64,000 bases of DNA. It comes from Armatimonadota bacterium. Its GTDB lineage: Bacteria > Armatimonadota > UBA5829 > DTJY01. The DNA lies in the NCBI GenBank assembly GCA_023511795.1, contig JAIMAU010000001.1, forward strand, positions 138,384 through 202,383, given 5' to 3'. Shown here piece by piece: positions 9,342 to 18,709 of the stretch (its first letter is position 1; every line of letters begins with the position of its first letter). The notes beneath the pieces are model-generated. The model was not told where the DNA came from. It worked only from the letters and a program-made list of their open reading frames with translations, and made no database searches. The translations under genes and the position numbers were made by a program.

Positions 9342-12300
9342 ATGCGAGCAACGCTATTATTAACGTTAATCTTTACCATAACTGCATATGCCCAGGAGGC
9401 GAAAATGGACTCAGCATTCAAGCCCACGTGCATCGAAGCTAACATAATTCCTAGAGAGGTGCAGCCTGGCGGGCAGGTATCTGTTACACTCAAGTTCCGA
9501 AACACAGGTACCGCATCAGCTAGTGCTAATTACCAGGTCTTTTTGCACCTGGAATCGCAAAAGTCTTGTGACGCAATCATATCGCAGTCTGATCATTTCC
9601 CGTCAACTTCCACAACCGCATGGAAGCCTGACCGCACGATAACTGATGGCCCTTGTATTTTGAACGTTCCTTCGAATGCCAAGGAAGGTACATACTATGT
9701 TCATGCTGGAGTGTATGATTCGGAAGCTTCAAATGGTCAAAGGTTTTGTGATCAGTATGTCGGCGAGATAATTGTTTCAAAGAATGCTTCTGCCAAGAAT
9801 TACAAGCCTCCTATTATGAGCACCGAAGAGATGCTCCGAAGGCAGAATGCACTTGCGGGCCACGTTGAATATCCATTGACTTTAGAAAATGATAAGCTAG
9901 CATTCACAATATCCATGCGGAACGGGGCATGGTTTATTAAGGACAAGGCTACAAAGGAGTCTTGGTATTCGAATCCAGAGAAAGCTTGTTTGGGTGAAGT
10001 TGAGTTTAAGAAAGGTAATAATTCGGTTGTTTTTCTTATCGATTCGCTAACTGCAATTGGTGGGAGCGACAGTAAATGTATCCGTCTCCAATATATACCA
10101 GACCTCGAAGGCGATCCGCCGGTATTAAATTTTGAATTCCGGTTGACGAAAAGAGGAGGTGTGGAGTTCCGCTATTTCGCCCAAGAGACAAGTTGGAAGG
10201 TTGAAAGTGTGAGGTTGCTTGACCGAGGCTTATGGGCAACTGATGCTGAGAAGGGGTATTTAGCAATTTCCCATCGTCTAGGCATCATGTTTCCAGCCGG
10301 CGAGGGACTGCCTTCTAGAAATGTCTACACGGCTTACAGCAACTATAAATCTTATTCCATGGCGATGTTTGGTGTCGTCAAGAACGACTCAGCAATCCTC
10401 GTTCACTGGGATGATCCTTATGTAATTCTGGAAACAGAACGCACTTGGCCAGATATACCAACGGTGCCTGCGCACGGCATGGTATCGGCATCGCTAACGC
10501 TTCGCAAGACAGCAAACTCCTTTACAATTGAAGTCTTAGGCCGTGGCGGCTATGCCGAGATTGCGAAAGCATATAGAAGGGTTGCCAGAGATAGGGGGCT
10601 CCTCCGAACGTGGAAAGAAAAAATCACAGCAAATTCTCAGGTTGAGGCAATGTTGGGTGCTGCAGACTTTAAGCCCTTTGTGCTTTCTAGAGTCATGCCA
10701 AAAACCAGATGGAATCACACAGATAAGGAAGTGGTCAATGTTCAATATACTTTTGATGAGGCAGCACAGATTGCTGAGCACCTTAAAAATGACCTCGGGA
10801 TAGACAGGGCGATGTTTGTTCTCGCCGGATGGATTCGGAGGGGTTATGATAACCAGCACCCGGATATATTGCCGGCGGCTCCAGAATGCGGCGGGAACAA
10901 AGGTCTGTCTGAGTGTGCGAGAAAAGTTAGAAATCTTGGGTTTCTATTTGGCCTTCACGACAACTATCAGGACATGTACCTAGACTCCCCCTCGTGGGAT
11001 GAAAGCTATTTGCTTCGCAATCCCGATGGGTCAGTGCGAAAAGGTGGAGTTTGGGCTGGCGGTCAGGCATATATAACATGTTCAAAAAAGGCAATTGAGT
11101 TGGCTAAACGCGATCAGAATCTCCCGGCCGTAAAGAAGTTATTTGAGCCAACCATTTATTTCATTGATACGACGTTTGCCGCACCACTGTTGGAATGTTC
11201 GGACCCCAGACATCCCTTGACGCTGATAGACGATATGTACTGGAAACGCAAGCTTTCTGAGTATGCACGTGAGATGTTTGGCTTATTTGGAAGCGAAGAG
11301 GGCCAGGAGTGGGCGGTTCCATGTGCGGACTATTTCGAAGGTCTTATGAGCCATAAGACGCATAGTAATGAGAGTGAGATTGTAATTCCCTTATTTGAAA
11401 TGGTTTATGGAGATTGCATAAACCTTTACACCCATCAGGGCGACCGAGCGACTCCCGGTCGTCCAACGTACATCCTAGACCACATTCTTTATGCCGAAAT
11501 GCCGATATATGATTTTGGCTCACATCTCTATTTTAAATCTGGAATACCAGCCGTCGGCATAGCAAAACCTTTTGTGCATGAATTAAAGCAGATTGGCCCT
11601 CGAAAGTTCGAAATTACATATGCTTGGGAAGTAAAGGCTACGCCAAAACGAGATTATAATTGCTTTGTTCATTTTTGTAACTTCGAGGCGGGACAGGCAG
11701 AGGGTATTGCTTTCCAAAATGACCATAAACTTCCTGTGCGCCCAACTTCATGGAAACTGGGGGAGACCGTTATTGATGGTCCATATTTAGTAGAAATACC
11801 TGTGGGAAAAGAAGGATCGTTTGACATTTTGATTGGCCTTTGGGATGAAACTGGAAGAGTATCGTTGCTCGGTAATGAGAGTGGAAACTTACGCTATAAT
11901 ATCGGCAGGGTAAGTTTGTCTTCGGGCAGAATTACTTTTGAACGAAACCCAAAGGCAAGGATTAATACGCACTGTTTCTCACAACAAAGCGGTTGGGCGG
12001 CGCATCTTAATGCAGTAGATAGATTTATCAAAAATACTTACGAGGTGCTTTCGCCATTAAATCGGATAACTGCCCACGTGCCAATGACAAAACATGAGTT
12101 TCTTACGCCAGACCGCAAGGTAGAAAAGAGTCAATTTGGAAATGTAACGATTACCGTTAATTACGGTAGCGAACCTTACAGGATTGGAAACACGGTACTT
12201 CCCCAATATGGCTTTTTGGTCGAAAGTCCCACATTTGTTGCTTTCCATGCGGAGGAATATGGGGGCGTCAAGTTCTCTACGCATACTATGGTCACCGCGG

Positions 12301-12422
12301 CAAGCTTGGACGGAGAACCAATCGCAAGGTCTAGCAGGATACGTCTGTACCGCGCGTTTGGTGACAAAAAGGTTCGCGTAGTTGGACGGGATTTCGAAGT
12401 CGAAACAGAAGCGATTTATTGA
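9342..12422 (+). CDS. Secreted putative glycoside hydrolase (DUF5696/GH101-GH129-like core) with two Ig-like modules
   Basis: Signal peptide; GYDNQHPD, LHDNYQDMY, YFIDTT, GSEEGQEW motifs; repeated VFxH...DH...W...DGP module. Confidence 0.65.
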   Translation: MRATLLLTLIFTITAYAQEAKMDSAFKPTCIEANIIPREVQPGGQVSVTLKFRNTGTASASANYQVFLHLESQKSCDAIISQSDHFPSTSTTAWKPDRTITDGPCILNVPSNAKEGTYYVHAGVYDSEASNGQRFCDQYVGEIIVSKNASAKNYKPPIMSTEEMLRRQNALAGHVEYPLTLENDKLAFTISMRNGAWFIKDKATKESWYSNPEKACLGEVEFKKGNNSVVFLIDSLTAIGGSDSKCIRLQYIPDLEGDPPVLNFEFRLTKRGGVEFRYFAQETSWKVESVRLLDRGLWATDAEKGYLAISHRLGIMFPAGEGLPSRNVYTAYSNYKSYSMAMFGVVKNDSAILVHWDDPYVILETERTWPDIPTVPAHGMVSASLTLRKTANSFTIEVLGRGGYAEIAKAYRRVARDRGLLRTWKEKITANSQVEAMLGAADFKPFVLSRVMPKTRWNHTDKEVVNVQYTFDEAAQIAEHLKNDLGIDRAMFVLAGWIRRGYDNQHPDILPAAPECGGNKGLSECARKVRNLGFLFGLHDNYQDMYLDSPSWDESYLLRNPDGSVRKGGVWAGGQAYITCSKKAIELAKRDQNLPAVKKLFEPTIYFIDTTFAAPLLECSDPRHPLTLIDDMYWKRKLSEYAREMFGLFGSEEGQEWAVPCADYFEGLMSHKTHSNESEIVIPLFEMVYGDCINLYTHQGDRATPGRPTYILDHILYAEMPIYDFGSHLYFKSGIPAVGIAKPFVHELKQIGPRKFEITYAWEVKATPKRDYNCFVHFCNFEAGQAEGIAFQNDHKLPVRPTSWKLGETVIDGPYLVEIPVGKEGSFDILIGLWDETGRVSLLGNESGNLRYNIGRVSLSSGRITFERNPKARINTHCFSQQSGWAAHLNAVDRFIKNTYEVLSPLNRITAHVPMTKHEFLTPDRKVEKSQFGNVTITVNYGSEPYRIGNTVLPQYGFLVESPTFVAFHAEEYGGVKFSTHTMVTAASLDGEPIARSSRIRLYRAFGDKKVRVVGRDFEVETEAIY

Positions 12423-12521
12423 TTCTTGGGTTGACTAGTCGTGCAAGAACTTTGGCTGGTGCAATATGCGAAAGAATGTTTGAAACTTTAGGAAGCTAGC
12501 GGATAGTGATTGAGTTTAATG

Positions 12522-12551
12522 AAAGGGGCGGGTAGAAGTTCCCGCCCCTTT
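12522..12551. terminator. Bidirectional intrinsic terminator
   Basis: AAAGGGGCGGG-N8-CCCGCCCCTTT between convergent genes. Confidence 0.8.
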
Positions 12552-12555
12552 GGAT

Positions 12556-12768
12556 TTAGAACTGAGCCGCCCCTGGGCTCTGACTTGGAACGTGCTTATT
12601 CTGTGAGTAAGTAGTACAATCGGCGTGATCTTGGTGGAAGTTGACCATTATCCCATTGTCAGCGGTGCAGGTAGAGTTTTCATTCCACATGCAGTCCCTA
12701 GCCGTGCATGTCATGACTCTGCCCTCGTTAGGGTTTTCCATGCTCATGGATGCTTCGCCATATGCCAT
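12556..12768 (-). CDS. DUF1540-like small Cys-rich protein
   Basis: CTARDCMWN...CTA...ADCTTY; strong RBS AAGGAGG. Confidence 0.8.
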   Translation of the reverse strand: MAYGEASMSMENPNEGRVMTCTARDCMWNENSTCTADNGIMVNFHQDHADCTTYSQNKHVPSQSPGAAQF

Positions 12769-12807
12769 CGTTGTTTCCTCCTTTGTTGGGAAGTTTTGAT
12801 GTTTTGA

Positions 12808-12833
12808 ATACCCAGTGGCTGGTACAAATAAAC
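12808..12833 (-). promoter_or_regulatory. SigB/SigF-type promoter
   Basis: GTTTAT-N14-GGGTAT about 40 nt upstream of the DUF1540 start. Confidence 0.65.
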
Positions 12834-12875
12834 GTGGTTAAATGAAAGTAAGGGGTTCTTCAGATAAATAAACTT

Positions 12876-13520
12876 CTAGTACAGCCCTTCCAAAAGAACG
12901 TGCCTGCCAAGAGGAACTACTTCGCAATACTTGCCAAGGCTGTTGAGGAAACAGTTATTTGCGCATAGGCCGCCTGAAACATAGAGTTTTTCCGGACGCT
13001 GAGCGAAGTTGTATACGTTGAAGGCGATGCCATGGATGAATTGGGCAAGTGCATCTTCTGGCGACCCACCTCTAATTATGGTATCGAATATTTGCTCGAT
13101 AGCAAATATGCCACAAGTCACAGGAATCTTCTTGTCACTTGCCGGCAAGGTATTGAAGTCTAAATCATAGTACTTTGCCAAAAGTTCAAGGGTAAAGCCG
13201 GTGCTCGCACCACAGGCTTGATTCCAATCCATTTTCCTGAGCTTTCGACCATTGAAGCGCACGAACTTTGTGTCTCTCGAACCAATATCAACAACCGTAA
13301 AATTTTCTTCTGGTATAAGCTTAAGGCTACCTTGGGCTAAAGCGATTATTTCGTTTTCATATCTATCAGCACGCTCACGCCCCAGATGTCCTGTGGCAAC
13401 AGCAAAACGCAGTCGCGGATTCTTCAGTATTTGCGAGGTTGGTTTGATAACGATTTTGCCTTCTTCGAGGTTTTTTATTTTACTCCACGAGCTTCCACAA
13501 TCAGCTATCAGCGTTGGCAT
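12876..13520 (-). CDS. BadF/BadG/BcrA/BcrD-type ATPase (2-hydroxyacyl-CoA dehydratase activase / archerase)
   Basis: ADCGSSWSK, VATG, NEIIALAQG, VVDIGSRDTK, WNQACGASTG, TCGIFA, SGG. Confidence 0.85.
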   Translation of the reverse strand: MPTLIADCGSSWSKIKNLEEGKIVIKPTSQILKNPRLRFAVATGHLGRERADRYENEIIALAQGSLKLIPEENFTVVDIGSRDTKFVRFNGRKLRKMDWNQACGASTGFTLELLAKYYDLDFNTLPASDKKIPVTCGIFAIEQIFDTIIRGGSPEDALAQFIHGIAFNVYNFAQRPEKLYVSGGLCANNCFLNSLGKYCEVVPLGRHVLLEGLY

Positions 13521-13606
13521 GTTTCTTTCTCAAATGGATTGGGCATTAACTACCATGTCGAGGTGCTTAAGAGAGCTTTATCTCTAATTTAAATAATCTG
13601 GTAATT

Positions 13607-14329
13607 TTATCCTAGTCGAATGAAAGCAGTTATCTGAGCTACCACGCTGTTGGTCATTGGACCGTCACAGTCAATATAGAGTCCGTTGTATTTTTCGGCT
13701 AGGTAGCGTGCAAGCATGGTCTTCGCACAAAATGTTTGGGCGAAAAATACAGTAGGAACGCCCGGGTCAACTTGCATTTCTAAGTCGAGATCAGCGGGTA
13801 CACCGGCTTCTACGCAACGTGTCCACCCGTAGACGTGTGTTGTATTGGGAAATAGGTCCAGCAACCGCATATCATGGGGTGGCACCCCCCAAAAACCATG
13901 CGTTGGCTTTACCGGCGAAAAGACCCTGCGATTTGGCTTGCAAACTGAGTCCATGATTCTATTGACTTTCTCACGTAAAGGAAGACCCGATGTGGCAATT
14001 GTAATTGGTCTGCGTTCCATGTTTGGGTTTCGCACTTCAAAGATTGTAAAGCCCAAGTCCTTTAGCATTAGCGCTGCGAACCTTCCGCCGTCGCATTTAT
14101 CTTCACCAACGGCCGCGATAATAAAACGCAGGCGGTCGCGGAGATGGAGTGCGTTGTCTACTATATTGGTAATGATTTGGCAGTATGCGTCCGGCACCAA
14201 ATGGCTCGGCGGAGCGCCAAGGTCAACGTCGAGATCGATAAATTCATCATATGGATGTTTTCGCGATGCCTGGGCAATGACTTCCCTTGGTGGACATCCC
14301 CAATATCCAATTAGCATTGACTTTGCCAT
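13607..14329 (-). CDS. Compact HGD-D / double-cubane-cluster-protein-like FeS protein
   Basis: VPDAYCQII, GEDKCDGG, TRCVE, FAQTFC and C-terminal IDCD...AQITAF; adjacent to the activase. Confidence 0.6.
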   Translation of the reverse strand: MAKSMLIGYWGCPPREVIAQASRKHPYDEFIDLDVDLGAPPSHLVPDAYCQIITNIVDNALHLRDRLRFIIAAVGEDKCDGGRFAALMLKDLGFTIFEVRNPNMERRPITIATSGLPLREKVNRIMDSVCKPNRRVFSPVKPTHGFWGVPPHDMRLLDLFPNTTHVYGWTRCVEAGVPADLDLEMQVDPGVPTVFFAQTFCAKTMLARYLAEKYNGLYIDCDGPMTNSVVAQITAFIRLG

Positions 14330-14400
14330 TTGACTTTCAATTCAGAATATCATAAACAATCCCTGGTGTCCAGAATCTTACCACCAAGAATGTATACGGC

Positions 14401-14429
14401 TTGACAAAAGATGGCTGTTCTCCTATGAT
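14401..14429 (+). promoter_or_regulatory. Sigma70-type promoter
   Basis: TTGACA-N17-TATGAT. Confidence 0.6.
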
Positions 14430-14458
14430 TGTGAAGATCTTAGTGTCAGGGGGTATGG

Positions 14459-15316
14459 GTGAAACTAACGGCAATTACAGACGAGATTTCGCAGGATTTT
14501 GACCACGCCCTTGCTGTGCTTCAAGAATACGGCGTCCAAAGCGCAGAGCTTCGGGGGCTGTGGGATGTAAATATAGTCGACCTTTCAAAAGACCAAGTCG
14601 AGAAAGCGAAAAGGATTCTCGACGACAAAGGCATGTCGGTGTGCTGTATTGCCTCGCCGCTTTTTAAATGCGACCTTTGGGAGACCTCAGCCGAAGCTAC
14701 GGGACCCACACACTTGGCAAAAGAGCGCTCAATCGCAGATCAAATGGCGCTGCTGAACCACTGCGCGGAGCTTGCGCACTTTTTTGGCACGAAACTAATT
14801 CGCGTATTTTCTTTTTGGCGGCGCGGCGAGCTTACCAAAGAAATAGAAGATCAGATAATCCAAGAATTGGGCAACGCCGCAGAGAGCGCGCAAAAGCTTG
14901 GAGTAATCCTTGCTTTGGAAAATGAACATTCGTGCTTTTTGGGAACCGGCGAAGAAGTAGCTCGCGTAATCAAAGCTGTGGGGTCACCTGCTCTCCAAGC
15001 TGTTTGGGACCCAGGCAATGCATTTTGCGCAGGTGAGATTCCCTATCCCAATGGTTATGAGGCAATTAAGCCTTATATTGTTCACATTCACGTTAAGGAT
15101 GCCGTTAAACTAAATGGCAAGCCAAAATTTGTTGTGATGGGAACGGGCGAGATTGATTATTATGGGCAATTCAAAGCCTTAAAAGATGATAACTACAAGG
15201 GATATATATCCCTCGAGACTCATTATCGTCCTGCCAGCGGTTCAGCCGAGGAGGGCTCCAGGGAATGCTTGGAGTACCTCAAGCGTGTGGTGGCAGATTT
15301 TTGTGGAGGAAGCTAA
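14459..15316 (+). CDS. Sugar phosphate isomerase/epimerase (xylose isomerase-like TIM barrel)
   Basis: ITDEISQD, LALENE, WDPGN, HIHVKD, ISLETH. Confidence 0.85.
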   Translation: MKLTAITDEISQDFDHALAVLQEYGVQSAELRGLWDVNIVDLSKDQVEKAKRILDDKGMSVCCIASPLFKCDLWETSAEATGPTHLAKERSIADQMALLNHCAELAHFFGTKLIRVFSFWRRGELTKEIEDQIIQELGNAAESAQKLGVILALENEHSCFLGTGEEVARVIKAVGSPALQAVWDPGNAFCAGEIPYPNGYEAIKPYIVHIHVKDAVKLNGKPKFVVMGTGEIDYYGQFKALKDDNYKGYISLETHYRPASGSAEEGSRECLEYLKRVVADFCGGS

Positions 15317-16917
15317 TGTCATTAGTTCGCATGCGTAAGAAATTCCATGGCTATTCCAAGTATATAATGTGGGTGATGGCTATAGTCTTTGCAGTCGGAT
15401 TTGCTGCGATTAGCATACCCGGCGGCAGAGTTCCTGAGAGAACTGATAGCGTACTTTCTGGTGTTGTAGCAACGGTTAATGGGGAGAAACTGGATAGACA
15501 GGCATACGAAATGCGAGTAAGGGCACAAATAGACCCAATTCAGGAGACTCGCCCAGTAAGCGCCATCGAGGAATCCCAGATTCGCGGCCAGGTATTTGAT
15601 ACTATGGTAGATGAAATGCTGAAATTGCAGGCTGCGAAAAAAGAGCATATTAAAGTTTCTCGAGGCGAAGTAAACCGGCAAATAGACCAGATTGTAGAAC
15701 AGCGGTTACAACAAATTAAAAGTTCCTTGCTCAGCGGAAGGAGAACAAAACAAACCGATGAAGCGTTTGAGCAGGAACTTCGAAAACGCGATCCGTCCAT
15801 GAGCATTAAGAAGCTGAGGGCAGAAATTCGTAAGTCAATCGATCCAAAAACTGTGCGCAATTACCTTTTGATGGACAAACTGTCCAAGAAGATTCGGGAG
15901 AAAGTTGATACTAGCGACCGTGCACTGCGCCAAAGCTTTGAGCAAGTGAAACTTAGGCAAATAACGATATCTGCTTCCGGCCGCTCTCAGGTCCAGGCAG
16001 AGCAATTGGCTCGAGACTTGGTTGCAAAACTTCGAGCTGGTGGGGACTTTGCGGCGCTTGCCAAGGCGAACTCCCAAGACTATTACAAAACCGCTGGTGG
16101 CGACGTCGGATGGGTGTCAAAACAGATGCTTCCTAGGGAAGTAGGCGACGTGGCGTTTAAGTTGGGAGAGGGCGCAGTTTCCGACCCAATAAAAACGGGC
16201 GGCGAGTATGTGATAATTAAGGTGGAAGGCAGAAGAAGCAGCATGCCAGCAGATTTAAAGGACCCCAAGAAAATGGCTGAATACCGCCGCATGTTCGTCC
16301 AGCAGGAGCAAAACAAAGCGGAGTACTTATACTATGCTGACCTTCGGAAAAAAGCCCAAATCACAATCAACGATCCCGAGCTAAGAGGCTATACGATTGC
16401 ACAGGCAGTAATGATGTCATTTGGACAGGCCAATCCTGCCGAGCAGAAGAGCAAAATTGAGACTGCGATTAAGGAATACAGAACTGCGGTTGCTTCTGCA
16501 GGAGACAGAACGGATATCAAAGCGAGATGTTATGTGCAAATCGCTCAGCTCCTTACCGCGCTTAGGAATTTTACATCCAATCCCGAGGAAATAAAGAAGT
16601 ATAAAACTCAAACGATTGAAGCACTCGAAGATGCTTTGAATTATACTGAGTCTACCGATATCCGTTTGTCTTTGGGTAAACTATATATTGACGCTGGCCA
16701 ACCAAACAAAGCTGTCGAACATCTGGAAATTGCATCCGAAAATGCGTATGACGATTACAGTATGCACGAGCAGTTGATTGAGCTTTATAAAAAAATAAAG
16801 AGAGCAGATCTCGTTGCTAAAGAACAAAAGTGGCTGAGCGAGAATAAGGAACTGGCACAGCCGCAAGCCGGACAAACGATACCCGTGTCGGGGGGCGAAA
16901 TTCCGGCTGGAAGGTAA
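15316..16917 (+). CDS. SurA/PrsA-like periplasmic chaperone with parvulin-like domain and C-terminal TPR-like helices
   Basis: N-terminal TM, VATVNGE SurA-N, DFAALAKANSQD...GGDVGW rotamase; TAATG coupling with the upstream gene. Confidence 0.8.
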   Translation: MSLVRMRKKFHGYSKYIMWVMAIVFAVGFAAISIPGGRVPERTDSVLSGVVATVNGEKLDRQAYEMRVRAQIDPIQETRPVSAIEESQIRGQVFDTMVDEMLKLQAAKKEHIKVSRGEVNRQIDQIVEQRLQQIKSSLLSGRRTKQTDEAFEQELRKRDPSMSIKKLRAEIRKSIDPKTVRNYLLMDKLSKKIREKVDTSDRALRQSFEQVKLRQITISASGRSQVQAEQLARDLVAKLRAGGDFAALAKANSQDYYKTAGGDVGWVSKQMLPREVGDVAFKLGEGAVSDPIKTGGEYVIIKVEGRRSSMPADLKDPKKMAEYRRMFVQQEQNKAEYLYYADLRKKAQITINDPELRGYTIAQAVMMSFGQANPAEQKSKIETAIKEYRTAVASAGDRTDIKARCYVQIAQLLTALRNFTSNPEEIKKYKTQTIEALEDALNYTESTDIRLSLGKLYIDAGQPNKAVEHLEIASENAYDDYSMHEQLIELYKKIKRADLVAKEQKWLSENKELAQPQAGQTIPVSGGEIPAGR

Positions 16918-17016
16918 CAAGCTGTCTCTTTTAAATAAAAGGGTCTTCAAAGTCGGGGGTCTCCAAAATCGTAATATTCGGCGGCCCCCTTTTAAGTCAA
17001 AAGGTGGACAAGCCAA

Positions 17017-17886
17017 ATGGAGCAAAATAGCAAGCAGTCGCCCGGGACACTTTATGTGGTTGCCACTCCAATCGGAAACCTTGCGGACATTACCCTTCGC
17101 GCACTCGCTATTCTCAAGGAAGTTGACCTTATAGCAGCAGAAAATACAAGAGTAACCCAAAAGCTCCTCAGTCGTTATGGCATAGATACTCCCACTACTC
17201 CCTACCATCAGCATAGCCTCGGGAAAAAAGCAGAAAGATTGACGGAACTTCTTAAGGAAGGCAAGAACATCGCCCTTGTTTCAGATGCAGGAACGCCTGG
17301 TATCTCTGACCCAGGTTACGAAATAATCAATCTAGCTATTAAGAACGAAGTTCCAGTGGTTGCTATTCCAGGACCAAATGCAATAATCACTGCCCTTGTA
17401 GTTTCCGGACTGCCAACTAGAAGGTTTGCTTTCGATGGTTTCCCTCCCAGGAAGTCAGGCGAACGCCGAACATTTTTTACATCCCTCAAAGATGAACGAA
17501 GAACAATGGTCTTCTACGAATCTCCAAACCGGCTGCTACCAACTTTAAAGGAAATGCTTGACGTTTTCGGCGACCGCCGCATCGCGGTTGTCCGCGAAGC
17601 AACTAAAAAGTTCGAAGAGGTGCATCGCGGAACAATTAGCTCTGCAATTGCAAGGTTTACTGAGGTAAAAGCAAAAGGCGAAATAACGATTGTTGTCGCC
17701 GGTTGCGCCGAGGGACAAACAGGCGAGGCTGGGAAAGTGGAGGAGGAATTAAGACGCCTTCTTGCCGAAGGTATGTCTGAACGTGATGCAGTAAGGGAAT
17801 TGGCGCTAAAGTTCCCTCTTCCCAAAAAAGAAATATACCGACGGATGATTCAGGTAAAAAAGGAGCTAAATGGTGATCAAAACTAA
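17017..17886 (+). CDS. rsmI: 16S rRNA C1402 2'-O-methyltransferase
   Basis: LYVVATPIGNL, LVSDAGTPGISDPG, FYESPNR, KGEI. Confidence 0.95.
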   Translation: MEQNSKQSPGTLYVVATPIGNLADITLRALAILKEVDLIAAENTRVTQKLLSRYGIDTPTTPYHQHSLGKKAERLTELLKEGKNIALVSDAGTPGISDPGYEIINLAIKNEVPVVAIPGPNAIITALVVSGLPTRRFAFDGFPPRKSGERRTFFTSLKDERRTMVFYESPNRLLPTLKEMLDVFGDRRIAVVREATKKFEEVHRGTISSAIARFTEVKAKGEITIVVAGCAEGQTGEAGKVEEELRRLLAEGMSERDAVRELALKFPLPKKEIYRRMIQVKKELNGDQN

Positions 17887-18709
17887 ACTATTTCTATTCG
17901 TGGCATTATTAATTGTACTAGCCGCTATACATTGTGCGGCGGTTGAGACGGGTAAGCAAACAGATTTCACGCAGGTGGTAATCAAAAAGGCAATCGAATT
18001 TCTGCCGCAGGATATAAGCTCGAAACTCAAACCTATCGAAAAAGATATAATCTCGAATGCTAAGCCGAAATATACCAAGGATGAGCAGTCATCTTCTGAG
18101 TTATCGTACTTCGTTTCCAAAAAGGAAGGCTCTGCGCCTGATACATTCGCTGAGACTTTTCGTCAGGCTAGGAAAAGTATAGGCGAGGGGAAACCTATCT
18201 CTGCTCAGGTGGCGGTCTTGGGGAAGCTTGCTGAGTGTATTATAGCATTGTCTCAGCCCTATCACTCTGACGAGGTTGCGTTTAAAAGTCCAAAGCACAT
18301 TGAGTTCGAAAAGAAACTCGATACAATGAGCTCCTCCATCGATGCAAAGTCAGAAGGAAGTCGAAATGTTGATAATCCATCTAGTTTTGCAGTCCAGATT
18401 GCGCAAAAAGCAAATGAAGAGCTGAAGAAGCTATCAAAGGCTGAGAATGGGAAATCGGATGCATCGGAGGAGGTAGGTTCTAGAATATTCTCATTGGCTG
18501 CAAATAGCTTAGCCTCCACATGGTGTACGCTTTTAGCAAAGCCGAATGAAACAGAGAATTTTGGAAACTATGTTGGAAACAAGCGGAGCCTGAAATTTCA
18601 TCGACAAGACTGTCGATATCTTCCGGCAGAGAAAAACCGTACGTATTTCAAAACGCGGGAAGAAGCAATAAACGAAGGATATGTGCCTTGTAAGGTGTGC
18701 AAACCATGA
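17870..18709 (+). CDS. Exported helical protein with C-terminal Ada-type metal-binding domain
   Basis: Signal/TM; C-terminal YVGNKRSLKFHRQDC...F..REEA..EGYVPCKVCKP. Confidence 0.75.
   Translation: MVIKTKLFLFVALLIVLAAIHCAAVETGKQTDFTQVVIKKAIEFLPQDISSKLKPIEKDIISNAKPKYTKDEQSSSELSYFVSKKEGSAPDTFAETFRQARKSIGEGKPISAQVAVLGKLAECIIALSQPYHSDEVAFKSPKHIEFEKKLDTMSSSIDAKSEGSRNVDNPSSFAVQIAQKANEELKKLSKAENGKSDASEEVGSRIFSLAANSLASTWCTLLAKPNETENFGNYVGNKRSLKFHRQDCRYLPAEKNRTYFKTREEAINEGYVPCKVCKP

Noticed and set aside
15265..15315. Longer ORF-track starts (also 430, 28947, 32474, 45423, 48196, 61509)
   Set aside because: They overlap upstream genes or terminators; downstream ATGs with an RBS or family-typical N-termini are more plausible
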